Source: Takakia lepidozioides | Lineage: Eukaryota; Plantae; Bryophyta | Direction: 5' to 3' | Assembly: GCA_030704615.1 (NCBI GenBank) | Contig: CM060733.1 | Span: 67,828,001-67,892,000, forward strand | Length of the DNA: 64,000 nt | Shown: positions 1 through 12,436 of the stretch, piece after piece | Layout of the letters: the number at the start of each line of letters is the position of its first letter | Position numbering within the stretch: the first letter of the stretch is position 1 | Made by a program: the position numbers and the translations under genes | The notes under the pieces: model-generated | Databases searched by the model: none | What the model saw: the letters and a program-made list of their open reading frames with translations, nothing else | What the model was told of the DNA's origin: nothing

Positions 1-1029
1 CTGACACAACAAAAGTTTTTGGAATGTTTTTCACACCTCATATTCGCGAGTAGGTCTCAAGTTCACAGCCCATATCAATTGGTGTTAATATTCTCTATAG
101 ATCACGCCTTCCCATTAATTGGTTCTAAAAGTCATCTAAAAGGAGATTTTAGCACAAGGCTGTAAATTCATCTAACATTTCCTGGGAAGAATGTGGTCCA
201 TCAGCTTGATCTCATGACGGATATATTGTTTCCAACTAAGACGGCTGGAGAACAAGTGAAAAAATATTATGTGTAATGTTTAACCATCCGGACTGTTCAT
301 AATTGTCTTTCCAAGGTTTTTAGACTCCAATTTCTTAGAAGCTTCACTTAACATCATGATTTCAAGTGAAGAATAACAAATCCTAATAAAAGAAAAGGGG
401 GGTCTTTATTTTATTTTTGTCACACACAATCAGCCAAACATTCACCAAAGATTAATGGGACTAGTTGGGGAGAAGGGGGTCTGATGGAAAAACAAATTGA
501 GCAAATGGCTCATACCTTATTGCATTTATTTCAAGCAATCCAAGCATTCTTGCATTTACACTTAACGCACCACTTGGATAACTTTCCACGGGCTTCAAAT
601 AATTGGTTCTAACCCAATAGCCTTATATTAGGGTATGTATATCTATAAAAGTACTACACAAGGATGATGCAGCATACACAAGAGTCCATAATGGACCGTA
701 GTATATCATGGGAAAAAGATTTGGGTGCATTTGTTTGATAATATGAGTATGAGAGTTTCAACCTTGCTCTCATCTGTTTTGGAAGAATAAACCCAAGCAT
801 GCATCCTGGCATAAGCCGGTGGATAAGGGACCGGAGGGGATAACCTTTTCCAGATTATATCACTTCACTGCACTCAACCACTTTTAAAAGTTAAAATGGG
901 AAGATCTCTCATATGAGGGACGGTCACACACTTTGTTGTCATCACTTACAAAATATAAACGTGTAAAAATGTATTTCTGCACAGCACAAAAACAATGCAC
1001 AAAAGATAAAGGGCAAAATATTTAAAACA

Positions 1030-2368
1030 TAATCCTTTTTTGTTACCTTATTTAAATCTGAATAATCCACGCAAACCCTTAAACCCCCTGTTTTCTTCGG
1101 GACAACTACTACTGACGAGACCCATTCTGAATTATCTACTTCAAAAATCAAACCATTATCTCTTAATTTCATCACCTCTTAATTTCATCACCTCTTTTTG
1201 TAAGGCTTCTAAGCGCACAGGATTAACCCTCCTTTGGCGTTGCCGAATAGGCTTGGCTCCTGGCATTTACCCCCGACCCTACATCAACCAAGGCCCCAGA
1301 TACTTCCAGTTCATTCACAATACAATTTACCTTAGGGCAATCTCTCTATTTATAATGGCTGAATCCAACGCTCTTATGACCCTTACTGGTTTACGTTTTC
1401 TTACTAGACCCAATTTTAATTCTTTTTGAATAGCTCGACAAATAGTTATCAACTGGGATAACGTGACATTGGCCTTGTTTTCTGCCAAGATTTCTAATAC
1501 ACTATAAGGTTTTGCGTATTTTTTTATCGAAATTTCTTCTTCTTTCCTTTTGAACTCCTGATTCTGGTCAGCAAAAGTGACAGTCTTTGGTCGATTGACT
1601 TTAGGAAGGTGTTCTTCTACAATATTCTTTTCCTTGACCAGTTTATTTTTCTGATCTTGTTCATTAGGAGACTGCTTGGGTATACCAAAGTCATTAATTT
1701 CTTCATTAGTTTCATCTTCATCCTTAGGGACAGGCTCAGGATGTTTAACAGGGTTTTTGACTTTAGACCGAGTGCTTACTTCCCACACTTCCCGTGTGTT
1801 ATTTCTTACTTTAGACCTAATCCCGTCCTTCGGTACAGATGAAGATTTTTCGACCATAATTAAATTCACACCTGAAGAAGAAGCACCCTTGTCCCGCGTT
1901 AAAACATTCTTTCTTACGATTTGAACAGGAATATGCGGGTTAGGATGTGACCCTTCTTGGTTTCTATGATTTATAGGACCAGGTTGAGCTCTATTTCTTG
2001 TCGCTTCACCCTTTTGTTTACGAAAGCATTCTTACTCATAATTGTGAGGTCTATGGCAATAGCCGCATATGACATAGGCTTTACAATTTTGCGCAGTATG
2101 ATTTCTCCCATTGCATGTGGTACAAATGAGCTGATTTCTCTCATTTGATTACACAAGCCTACCTCCCATTAAATTTTGCGTTTTAAGCATAAAAACCATA
2201 TTCTGATTTACAGATTTTAAATTCTCGGCAACGGTATTCATCCAGTCCCTTAAGCCCTCCCAATGTGTTTCCTCGTGCTTTGGAGCTAGAGTAATTGCTT
2301 GACTAAGAGAATCAAAAGGTCTAGACGGTGGCAGAACATTTAAGGGAGTTGGGTTCAAATATGCTTGT
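1030..2368 (-). mobile_element. Ty3/Gypsy gag-pol remnant (pre-protease region and RT N-terminus; internally deleted)
   Basis: ORF 942-1175 contains SEWVSSVVVVPKKTGGLRVCVDYSDLNKVTKKD (Gypsy RT motifs 1-2). ORF 1327-1869 has YSVLEILAENKANVTLSQL, typical of the region before the protease. Contains frameshifts and deletions. Confidence 0.8.
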
Positions 2369-2932
2369 TGTCGCGCACCTCACTTCGGTAAACTCCCCCC
2401 CCCTCAAGTCATAGTTACTCGCTTGATGCGCGCGCCTAACTCCCAACCTGGCCACCGGGCCAACTTGGAGCTCCGGCTGCTCACCGGGGCATAACGGTCC
2501 CCCTTTGATCTCCCAAAGAACCCTCCAATGATTTGGAACTAGAGGAATTCCCTTTGGTAGTTGGCAGTCCGGAACAGTTCCCCACTCTTTGGTCGCTTTC
2601 CGACTCGCTCGATTACTCACTAGTTTTTGGTCACCAACGGGCTTGCACAGTTCTCGGGGTTACTACTCCCTATATATACTTCTGTAGCTGTCCGCGGGGG
2701 TTTCACAAACAACCATGCCATTTTATGGCGAACCACCATGAACACCCTCGACTCCCGGTGATGAGTCGCGGTGAGTCTTGGCCCACCCACCACGGCCCCT
2801 ATAGACCGTGATGAGTCCCAAGACTCCCCACGACTCCCACCGCCCCAGGGTGAGTCCTATGCCACCCCCACTAAGTCCCGCTAAGCTACCACCACCCCTT
2901 GTGGAGCCACCCCCACATGCGTAGCACCTACA
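2369..2932 (-). repeat. LTR (TGTAGG...CGCGACA on minus strand)
   Basis: TG...CA termini and an internal TATATA (about 2671). The 2369-2460 end matches 33780-33869, and the 2780-2915 part matches 63005-63145 in the opposite orientation. It interrupts the ORF at 2933. Confidence 0.65.
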
Positions 2933-3415
2933 GAGACGTCCGTGTCGGATTTGAACGACCGTGTGGAGGACATGGGGACCTCAATGCACTCATCTTCCTC
3001 GTCGGAAATGTCGAATACCTCCACACGAGAAGCTATGGAGGGTCTTGACGGTCTAGGTCGGGAATGATTATCGTTGCACACCTCTCTGTTGGCAGTGGCC
3101 GCCTGTCAGTTTTCCCGATTCCTTTGTGGATGGTGTCGGAACCGACTGATTCGGAAAGGGATTCCCACAGCTCGGTACAAGATGGTGTCTGATAGGGGTA
3201 CGTGCCACTCAATTCCGTAACCTCCATCATTACCTAGCACGACAATGGTCTCATCAACCCTTCCTTTCTTCTTCCAAATAAATTGTGCCAGGTTTGAGCT
3301 TGAATTTGGAACAAAGGTAAGTTTCAGTCACTCTGCAAAGTCCTCCCTCGTTTGGGATCCTGGCTCTCCCAAGTTGCGGAGGACAACAGACTACAGCGTA
3401 CGAATTGGGAGCCAT
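2933..3415 (-). pseudogene. Frameshifted ORF divergent from the palindrome array; possibly the N-terminus of the element's transposase
   Basis: MAPNSYAVVCC...LCSKFKLKPGTIYLEEERKG, then a frameshift, then DETIVVLGNDGGYG...YRAVG...VEVFDISDEED. Truncated by the LTR at 2932. The acidic VFDISDEED patch resembles IVELSDSFDDD in the N-terminus of the 16931-19140 transposase. Confidence 0.35.
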
Positions 3416-3809
3416 CGAACACCGCACGAAGTTGGCAAGTGCGAGGTTGATTATAGCGACAGACAAAGGCTCACAAGCACCACGTAATTGGAACTACCGG
3501 AGGCCATCCACGATTGGAGGTCGCACATTGAAGTTGGAAAGGATGTTTCAAGATACATTCATGAGGTTGGGAGGTGTGATTCCATATCCTGTATGTATAA
3601 CAATGATGGCCAATTCGGCGACGAAATAACATCTCCTAACAGTTTTTCCTGAGGGTGGATCCAGCAGTATTCTCGGTGCAGACATGAACGTTTGCATTGA
3701 TAAGTGCCAGGACTATTAGTTAAAACAGTTAGACAACCAAGTTGTGCTCATAAAGACAGGCCGCAATTGTGTTGTTTCAAAACAATGCATCCCATTGCAC
3801 ATGACGGAA

Positions 3810-5130
3810 CGGGAATGCGGTGCCGCATTCCAGTTCGACATCGTCCTCTCGCTAATTGTGATCGGAAATGCGGCACCGCATTTCCGTCAATGGGGAAACC
3901 AAACTAGTGCTGGAACGGAAATGCGGTACCGCATATCAGTCCACTTTACAAGCAGACACATGGTGGAACGGAAATGCGGTATCGCATTTTGGTCGACTGG
4001 GACTAGGAAGACACGGTAGAAAAGAATAGCGACACCGCATTTCCATCGACTGGGACACCTTGGATAGGCAGGAACGGAAATGCAGTGCCGCATTTCCATC
4101 CGGGCTCTTTTAATGGAATCCAGAGGACGGGAATGCGGTGCCGCATTTCCGTCCGAGCTGAACCTTTGTATTTTCCAAAACGGGTATGCGGCGACTCATT
4201 TCCGTCCAACATGCAAGGCCTGTAACAGTGCAACGGAAATGCGGCACTGCATTTCCGTTCGGGGGAAACCAATATTCTTTCCGGAACGGAAATTCGGCAC
4301 CGCATTTCCGTCCAACATGTAAGGTATGTAACAGTGGAACGGAAATGCGGTGCCGCATTTCCGTTGTGATTGTAAATCATGAGACAGTGTAACTGAAATG
4401 CGGCACCGCATTTCCATCGGAGTCGTACGTTCCGAATTTTCAGAACGGAAATGCGGCGCCGCATTTCCGTCCTACATGTACGGCATGCAACAGTGGAACG
4501 GAAATGCGGTACCGCATTTCCGTTATCCATGGAATCAATCAAACAGTAAAACGGAAATGCGGCACCGCATTTCCATCCAACATGTAAGGTATGTAACAGT
4601 GGAACGGAAATGCGGTGCCAGATTTCCGTTATCCATAGAATCAATCAAACAGCGCAACTGAAATGCGGCACCGCATTTCCGTGCGAGTCGTACCATCCGA
4701 ATTTTCAGAACGGAAATGCGGCGCCGCATTTCCGTCCTACATGTACGGCATGCAACAGTGGAACGGAAATGCGGTACCGCATTTCCATGGAATCAATCAA
4801 ACAGTGCAACGGAAATGCGGCACCGCATTTCCGTCCGGGGAAACCTTTCTACCTTCCAGAACGGAAATGCAGCACTGCATTTCCGTCCGGGAAAACCTTT
4901 CTACTTTCCAGAACGGAAATGCGGCACCATATTTCCGTCCGGGGGAAACCAATATTCTTTTCGGAACGGAAATGCGGCACCGCATTTCCGTCCGAGTCGT
5001 ACCTTCCGAATTCCCATAACGGAAATGCGGCGCCGCATTTCCGTTTTCACTCTAACTCATTAGACGCTGGGACGGAAATGCCATGATATATGAACACGTG
5101 GCCCAACGGAAATGCAGCACCGCATTTTAA
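3810..5130. repeat. Regularly interspaced 24-bp palindrome array (CGGAAATGCGGYRCCGCATTTCCG), about 26 units, 53-bp period
   Basis: Units start at 3810, 3863, 3916, 3969, 4022, 4075, 4128, 4181, 4234, 4287, 4340, 4393, 4446, 4499, 4552, 4605, 4658, 4711, 4764, 4810, 4862, 4914, 4967, 5020, 5073 (half unit) and 5107. Spacers are variable and mostly 29 bp. Confidence 0.97.
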
Positions 5131-5419
5131 TGTCTACACTCATGCTGGCTGAAGTGGCAGGAGGCGACGCGGCTTGACCGTTGGATAATGATGTTTGTTT
5201 GGCAGACGGCAGGCGTACCTTTGACGATTCGAATTTCGTAATGACGCATAGTCCACGAGGAGATACTTCCATCCCAACCTTTCGAACCCAAGCGGTGTAT
5301 CACCGCCGTTTCATCTTCTTTTTCGTGTCTGCTCAGTCGCCCATCTCGCGCCCTTTTCATGTGCACTCTTCGCCCCTTTTCCGTGTGTCTGTTCTTCTTA
5401 TGCTCCAACCAGAGAGGGA

Positions 5420-8318
5420 TGAAGTTCCTGCACCAGAGAAGAGACGTCGTCGCAAGCTCCGCAAATTGTACTTCGGTCGTTGGCCAATACCGAAGGGGAG
5501 GAAGCAGATGCGTCTTCAGGAGGAGATGGTTCATCGTGCAGCAGCAGGCAACGCAGGCAACCCAGCCCCTAGTGAGAGCACCGTGCTATCGGGATGCGCG
5601 GAGCTAATCGAGCACCAAAACCCTCCCTCCTTTTCGTTGTGCAATTGTTAGACTGTATGATCGGACACTTGAATGCAGAAGATGTTTGCATGTCTAACTC
5701 GAAAGGTGGAGGTGGTGGAGGGATCGCAGGAATCCGAAGAGCCGCAGGAAGAATCTGTGGAGCTAGCTGCAGCACGCACACCCATCCGATCCACGAGCAC
5801 GGGTCTTCCTGCCGGGCCTAGCCCTTTGCGTTTCAAGAACGCTGCTTGGAAAGACAAGTCTTTGCAGTTCAAAGCACCAGAGAAATACTCGCGTTTGAAG
5901 CTCATGGAGAATCGCCAGCAGGGGTCGGCTCCTTCTCCAACAAAAACAAAGAAGAAGCAGCCCGTCCTTGAACTAGTTTCTGAACCGGACCAGGCCGTTC
6001 CCCCCCCCCCCCCAAGAGAATGAAGCAGAAGGGTGCAATGCACATTCAAATGCAGCAGGCACCTTCACCTGCAAAAATCAAGAAGCAGAAGGCAATCAGG
6101 GGGAGGGCGGAGCAGTCTCCCGCAAAACCGATTCCACGAGCTAAAGCCCAGTTCCTGCTTGATTTCTAGACATGTGATGTTGGGGGCATCTCTACTGCAG
6201 CAAACGCAACGGGATCGACCGATTTCGTCGAACTGTCAGCGAAGGAGGGTGTTGCTGCTCATCGTTCGCAGCAGGACTTCACCACCGTTGTGGAAGAACT
6301 TCAGAATACTGCAGGCCCGGAGGAGGCCTCTGCAATGCGACAATTGCCCGCACAGATTCCCCAGACCACAGCTGCAGTTGGGGATGCTCTAGCTGCTCAG
6401 CCCATACTGCCACCTGTAGAAATGTCTCCAGAGGAATTCCAAAGTGCAGCGGATACAATGTTGGAGGAGACACACAGTAGTATTGGTAGAGTTCTGGGCA
6501 GCAGGGTATTCCAGCGGACTCTTCGAATTCCACTCTATCACATGGTCTCCCTTCCCATCATCAGGCAGGCTCTTCTAGGAGATGTGGATAAGCTCAAGTT
6601 TGCATTTCGAGAAGGGTATCGTCTAGGTTGGCCAGCCTTCTACGTTTCCATTGAAAATGAGGACGACAAAACTCGTGGACCCACTGCGGATGAATTGTCA
6701 GCATGGGATACCCATTGGCACACTCGCAACGACGAATTCAAGACAATGTTGAAGGGTGATCCAGACTTCGGCCATATGTCCGGCAAAATGTTTTTTGTGT
6801 GGGACGGGAATCACTGACTTCTTGCCTGGTGGGAGTACATCAAGCAGAACCATGCCAAGCATATTGGCTAGCATTACATGGTGGAGTGTGTCATCCTCAA
6901 AGTGAAGGCGGCAGACTCAAGAATGCCATGGCGGACCTCAACTCGTAAGATTCTCATACCCTCCCATGTGCGGTGCCGCATTTCGGTTTCCAATCAGTTT
7001 TGTTTCCGTGCTTGAATTGGAGAGTGTGCCTTGCAGGGTCACTGAAAATGCGTACGTGCATACTTACATGGCACATATGCTGTACAGGGTGAGGAAAACT
7101 GGTCTCACTAACCCGCACATGTTCGCCGAAATGCTGGAGCCGGAGCTCATTCAAAAAGCCATCGCAAAAACAGACCGGACATGGTATCGCCTCACTATAG
7201 ATGGTATGGTGGAGGTGATATACGAAGTAAGTCGTCCTCCCATTTTCCTCTGCTCATCCTTCCCCAATTTCCAGTCACCTTTCCACATGGATCAAATGTA
7301 ATGCTTCTGCATGTTTTTCTTGGCAGCCAAACATAAAGTTGGATTTGGCCCATGCCAAACGCTTCTTCATGGAAAGTGAGGGGCAGTTAAAAACGTTGCA
7401 GTCATTGACTGAGCACTTGAAGGAAGCCGTGGTCAAGTCCAGAACCAAATACAAGTCAAAGCTTGTGAAGCTGGTGGCCATTGCAGATCCGGCATTTGGA
7501 AAGAACTTCATCCCCGAGATTGCAAAACACTATTCTCGAGCCATGCAGCCGATAGTGCAGTTGGAGAAACTGCATCACCTGTCAACGGCATGTGTGGAGG
7601 CGAAAGAGAAGGTGAGGTTTCGAAGCACTGAAGTTCCTTCCTAGCAATAGCCACTCTACTTCTTGCTTCTGACATTGGATCGGAAATGGCAGACACAGTG
7701 GCTATCGATCTGGAATGCATCGGAGAGTATAAGGACCATGTGGTCTTTTCCACTTGAAGTTTCCGACCCTGCAGTGGATGTGTGGCTCAACCGCATGACT
7801 TGGTGGTTCCAGGTAATTCAAGGTATTTCCCCCAATTTGCTTTGCTGGCATGAATTCCGTGAACTGCTAAGTGATAATGCATGTTGGAAACGCAGGTAAT
7901 GACGAATGCGAAGGAGCAAGTCATAATGCATACAAATTCGTTCGGCTTGTACGTGAAATGGGATGGAACACAGACATTGGAAGACTATGTGACACGTTTC
8001 AGATGTGCGTACAAGGACAACTTATTCGCCAGGGAGCTGCAAAGAGCAAGAAGGAGCGTGGAGTGTACACATCAGGAGGGGGCGAGAAAAGCTGCAATGC
8101 AAATTGAGTACAGGTAAAGCCCAGCTCCCGTTGTATGCAAAAGCTGGGTTATGAGGTTTGCCTGGGAAATGCGCCACCGCATTCGCATTTTATGTTTTCG
8201 GTTGCACTATGCGAATACATTGGTCATAACTTGCGCTCACGTATGCTGACTGTCTTGTAGGTATATGAAATACGTGCTTCTTAAGACAGGGGCCCTAGCT
8301 GAGTTTGTTTCCGTACCA
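5420..8318 (+). pseudogene. Multi-exon ParB/Srx-like domain gene, copy C (3' part lost at LTR insertion)
   Basis: ORF 6290-6817: LRIPLYHMVSLPIIR...FYVS...MFFVWDGNH*LLAW (CGA>TGA). Downstream exons (about 7039-7227, 7327-7611, 7896-8113) are GT-AG bounded. The 7039-7227 exon is homologous to 22628-22825 of copy A. Confidence 0.7.
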
Positions 8319-9066
8319 TGGCGTCCCATGGCCAAGAACCAAACCCCACACTTGACTCTACTCTCCACTAGCTAGTTCGGCCGACTTCCTCCAAGTCCCG
8401 GCCAAGGGTGGAGCCTCTCAAGCTCCTCCCAGTGCACTCTTCTTGGCCTACTTCAAGGCCAAGGAACGATCCTCCCCGAGGATCGAATTGCCTTACTGCA
8501 ACAACATTGCTTGCGACCGCTCATGATGCCGCTTTTGGCATCACCTTGAGCAAGGGTTCATCTTGAAGATAACCTTGGACTAACCATGCGCCTCAATCAC
8601 TACAATTGGGTCCGTCTTGGAATGTTGGCCTGAGGTACGGGAACACGCTGAAGCCGCACTACGACTTCGTCCCGAGGCTACACGATTATAGTACGTGAAC
8701 GGAAGCACGTAGCTTCCGCGTTAGCCCGCACTACAAGGCAACCCCCTTGGTAGCACAGTTATAGTACGTGCATGCGCCAGGTGCGCACTAGCACGTAAAC
8801 TCCCAAGGAAGGCGCAAGTTTCCTTGCCCCTTGGATGGGAGTCACCCGATTCCGGCACTACGCAAACACACGATTAATCCAATTTACCTCTCCCACTTTT
8901 GTAAGCTAGCATGCATTCTACACACTAGCCAACCAAACCATGCATCACCATTCCAAACAAAATAGGACGCACAACATTTGGAAACCATTTCATTTATAAC
9001 AAAATTTGTACAATACAAGTTTTTGCAATCGGATTCCTGAGTTAGCTAAGCCGGGCTAAGCATGCA
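8319..9066 (-). repeat. 3' LTR of chromovirus
   Basis: On the minus strand the PPT GTGGGGGAGGAAA (9067-9079) is immediately followed by TGCATG. A CA end at about 8319 coincides with truncation of gene C. Confidence 0.65.
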
Positions 9067-11924
9067 TTTCCTCCCCCACGATCCAAGGTTGATGTCCCCA
9101 TCAACGTTTCTTCCGCTTTTGAGATTGCCCTTCGAAAGCTGCAACCGCCTCGGATGCGTTTCCCATTTCTAAGGCACGCACCCAAGATGCCTCCACATGA
9201 TGATAGCCCTTCCATTTCATGAGATACTCCATTTCTCGATGCTTGAACCTCCTCGACTTAAGCACTGCCTCCACCTCGTACTCATGTTCATTTTCATGAT
9301 CCAACAGCACAGGTGGCGGACGCAACACTTGATGCCGATTCGGACGCGCTTCATCTTTGAAGTAAGGCTTCAAAAGGGAGACGTGGAATACCGGATGCAC
9401 CTTGTTGTTTGCCGGAAGCTCCAATTCATACACATCCTCATTCAACACTTTTCGGATGCGAAAGGGTCCCGCATACGGAGGTACGAACTTCGGACTCACT
9501 TCCGGAGGTAGTCGGAAATTCTTGATGTTCAACCAGACCTCCGTGCTTGCCTCAAACTTAACTTCCCTCCGCTTCCGATTTGCCTGCCGTTCATACCATT
9601 TCCTAGCTTTGACAATGTTGTACTTTGCGAGCTTCAACAAACGTTCGCGTTCTTCCAGCACCGCTGCTGCTGCCGGTTTTCTCAACGTCTTGGGCGGCCC
9701 AACTTGTCGGCACCAGAGGTGTTTTTCCATAGACCAATACGAAAGGGGAAACTCCCGTTGCGGAGTGTTTTGTGTTATTATAACAGAACTCTGCCGCATC
9801 CAAGTGCTCCACCCAGTCCGATTGGTCTGCCGACACGTAATTCCGCAAGATCTGCTTCACCACGGAATTCACCCTTTCTATTTGGCCGTCCGTCGTAGGT
9901 CGGAAGGCGGTGCTCATCTTGAGCCTCGTCCCCATCTTCTTCCAAAGTGCCCTCCAAAATTTACTCGTAAACTTTGGATCGCGGTCCGAGACAATATCCT
10001 TCGGGAGTCCATGATGCTTGAAGACGTGGGCGAAGTAAAGTCGCCCCATCTCCTGCGCCATTGCCGTCTCCTTGGTGGGGATGAAATGGCCCATTTTACT
10101 GAACCTATCCACCACCACCATGATTGCATCAAAACCTTTTGACAGCGGCATAGCAGTCATGAAATCCATCAAGACACTTTCTCAAGACCCCTCTGGAATC
10201 GGCAAGGGTTGTAACAGCCCGGCTTGCTTTTTGTACTCGCTCTGGTTTTGTTGGCATGTGGTGCATGTCTTGACATACTCCTCTGCCTCCTCCCTCAGTT
10301 TGGGCCAGAATTACTCTTTCTTCAAGAGTGCCGCCGTGCGCTTAGCTCCGCCGTGGCATTCTCTCAAGAGGCTATCTCTGATCCCTCCCTTTGGCACATA
10401 GAGACGCTTTTGCTTATACCGGAGCAGTCCATTTTGCAAGTGGAACTGCGATTTAACCCCCATCCTCAAGTCCTGCATCACGGACTTCGCCAGCTCATCA
10501 TTCCGGCAAGCCTTCCGGATCTTCCTTTGGAGCGCCGTCTCGCCCCTGTACACCAATATAAGCTGCTGCTTTCTACTTAAAGCATCGGCCACCACGTTGT
10601 CCCGTCCCGGTTTGTACTGGATATCCACGTCGAACACCGCCAAAGTATCTTGCCACCTAAGTTGTTTTGGGGACAACTTGGGCTGCGTGGCAAAATACTT
10701 CACTGTGACATTGTCTGTGAACACCTTCACTGGGTTGGAACCAACATAGTGGCGCCAAAGCTCAAGACAGTGCACCACCGCCTTCATCTCTTTCTCGTGC
10801 GTCGGCCACCGTCGTTCCACTTCATTCAGTTTCTTACTTTCGTAAGCCACTGGACGTCCATCTTGCATCAGTACACCCCCAATCGTGAAGTTCGACACAT
10901 CTATATGAATCTCGAACGGACGATCGAACTCCGGGATTTTCAAGACTGGAGCTTCCGCCATCCGCTGCTTCAATTCCGCAAAAGCTTGGCCACAAAAGGT
11001 GTTCCATACCCAGACTTTGGATTTACACAGAAGGTCTGACAGCGGCCCCGCGATCTTGGCGAAATTTCTCACATACTTCCGGTAATAGGAGGCGAGTCCT
11101 AAGAAGGATCGCACTCCTGGGACCGAAGTCGGAGGCTCCCAGTCCAAGATTGCTCTCACCTTCCTGTTAACCATTTTGATCCCATCCTGTGTAATCACAT
11201 GCCCCATGAACTCCACTTTTGTGACCCCGAATTTGCACTTTGAAGCTTTGGCATACAGCTTCACTTCTCGCAATGGAACACCCTTTTAAGGTGATCCAGG
11301 TGCTCTTCCTTTGTTTTTGAGTACACCAGTATGTCGTCGATGTATACGATCACAAAGTCATCCAACCACTCCTGGAAAATGCTGTTCATTAATGTGCTAA
11401 AGGTCGCGGGTGCGTTGGTGAGCCCAAAAGGCATCACCAATAACTCATACGAACCATATCTTGTCCTGCACGCGGTCTTCTCCTCATCTCCTTCTGCCAC
11501 TCGGATCTGATGATACCCGGAGCGCAAATCGATCCGGCTGAAATACTTCGCTCCTGCCAACCGATCGAAGAGGTCGTCAATCCTTGGCAAAGGGTACCGG
11601 TTCTTGATAGTCACCTTATTCAGGGCCATGTAATTGACACACATCCGCAACGTCCCATCCTTCTTGTCTGCGAATAGCACCGGGGCTCCGTAAGGTGACT
11701 TACTCGGCCGGATGTACCCCTTTCACATTAGATCCTTGAGCTGAGTATTTAGCTCGACCAACTCTCTGTGGCTCAACCGGTAGGGCGCCTTGGCAGATGG
11801 TTCTGATCCCGGTATCACCTCAATCTGGTGGTCAACTCCCCTTTGCGGTGGCAAGCCGCTTGATAAATCCTCCGGCATCACATCCTGGTATTTCTCCAAG
11901 ATCCCCTTGATCCAATCTGGGCTC
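9067..11924 (-). mobile_element. Ty3/Gypsy chromovirus pol: RT, RNase H, integrase, chromodomain (frameshifted, 5'-truncated)
   Basis: RT: DLRSGYHQ...MPFGLTNAP...YIDD. RNase H: AYESKKL...DALSR. Integrase: MDFMTAMP...VVVDRFSK...SDRD...TDGQIER. Chromodomain: YEVEAVLKSR...YLMKWKGY...SWV. Confidence 0.95.
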
Positions 11925-12436
11925 TGTTAGAGGGCTGCTTGGGACTTAGACGCTTTTACGGGTTCTATGGGGTACCCGTAATTTTTGCGCAGACTGAGAT
12001 CAACAGGAGCCTTAGGGGTGGCAACAGCTGGCTTTAGGGGGGTTACACAGCCCGACACAGCTTTACACAGCCCGTCACAGCCCGACACAGCCCAACATAG
12101 CCAGTCACAGTCCGACACAGCCCGCCACAGCTTCGCACATCCCGTCACAGCCAGTCACAACCGCCACAGTTTCGCACCGCCCGTCACAGCCCAACACAGC
12201 CAGTCACAGCCTGACACAGCCGACACAGCCTTACACAACCAGTCACAGCTCAGCACAGCTTGACACAGCCTGTCACAGTACATGGGGAACAATTATCATT
12301 GATAGGGAACGACTGTGAGGGAACGACATCTGCAGAAGGAACGTGTTACTTCAGGGATGACGGTTAATTAGTTAGGTGGTTAGAACAGCTTGCGGGCAGA
12401 TAAGGAGAGCGGCAACGGAAAGAAGGACACTTCACA
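11925..12436. repeat. Probable solo LTR (TGTTAG...TTCACA) with internal CACAGCC-type tandem repeats (12045-12280)
   Basis: TG/CA termini fall exactly at the breakpoints of two different Gypsy elements. Contains a degenerate 10-20 bp repeat cacagccc(g/a). No TSD seen. Confidence 0.5.

Noticed and set aside
3704-5086. Many overlapping ORFs (RKCGAAFP / TEMRHRISV repeats)
   Set aside because: Translation artefacts of the palindromic array. The 53-bp period is not a multiple of 3 and both strands give the same peptides.
3810-5130. Bona fide prokaryotic CRISPR array
   Set aside because: No cas genes, eukaryotic intron/TE context, recurring spacer types, and solitary repeat copies inside introns. 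The repeat is a full palindrome without a CRISPR-type 3' tail.
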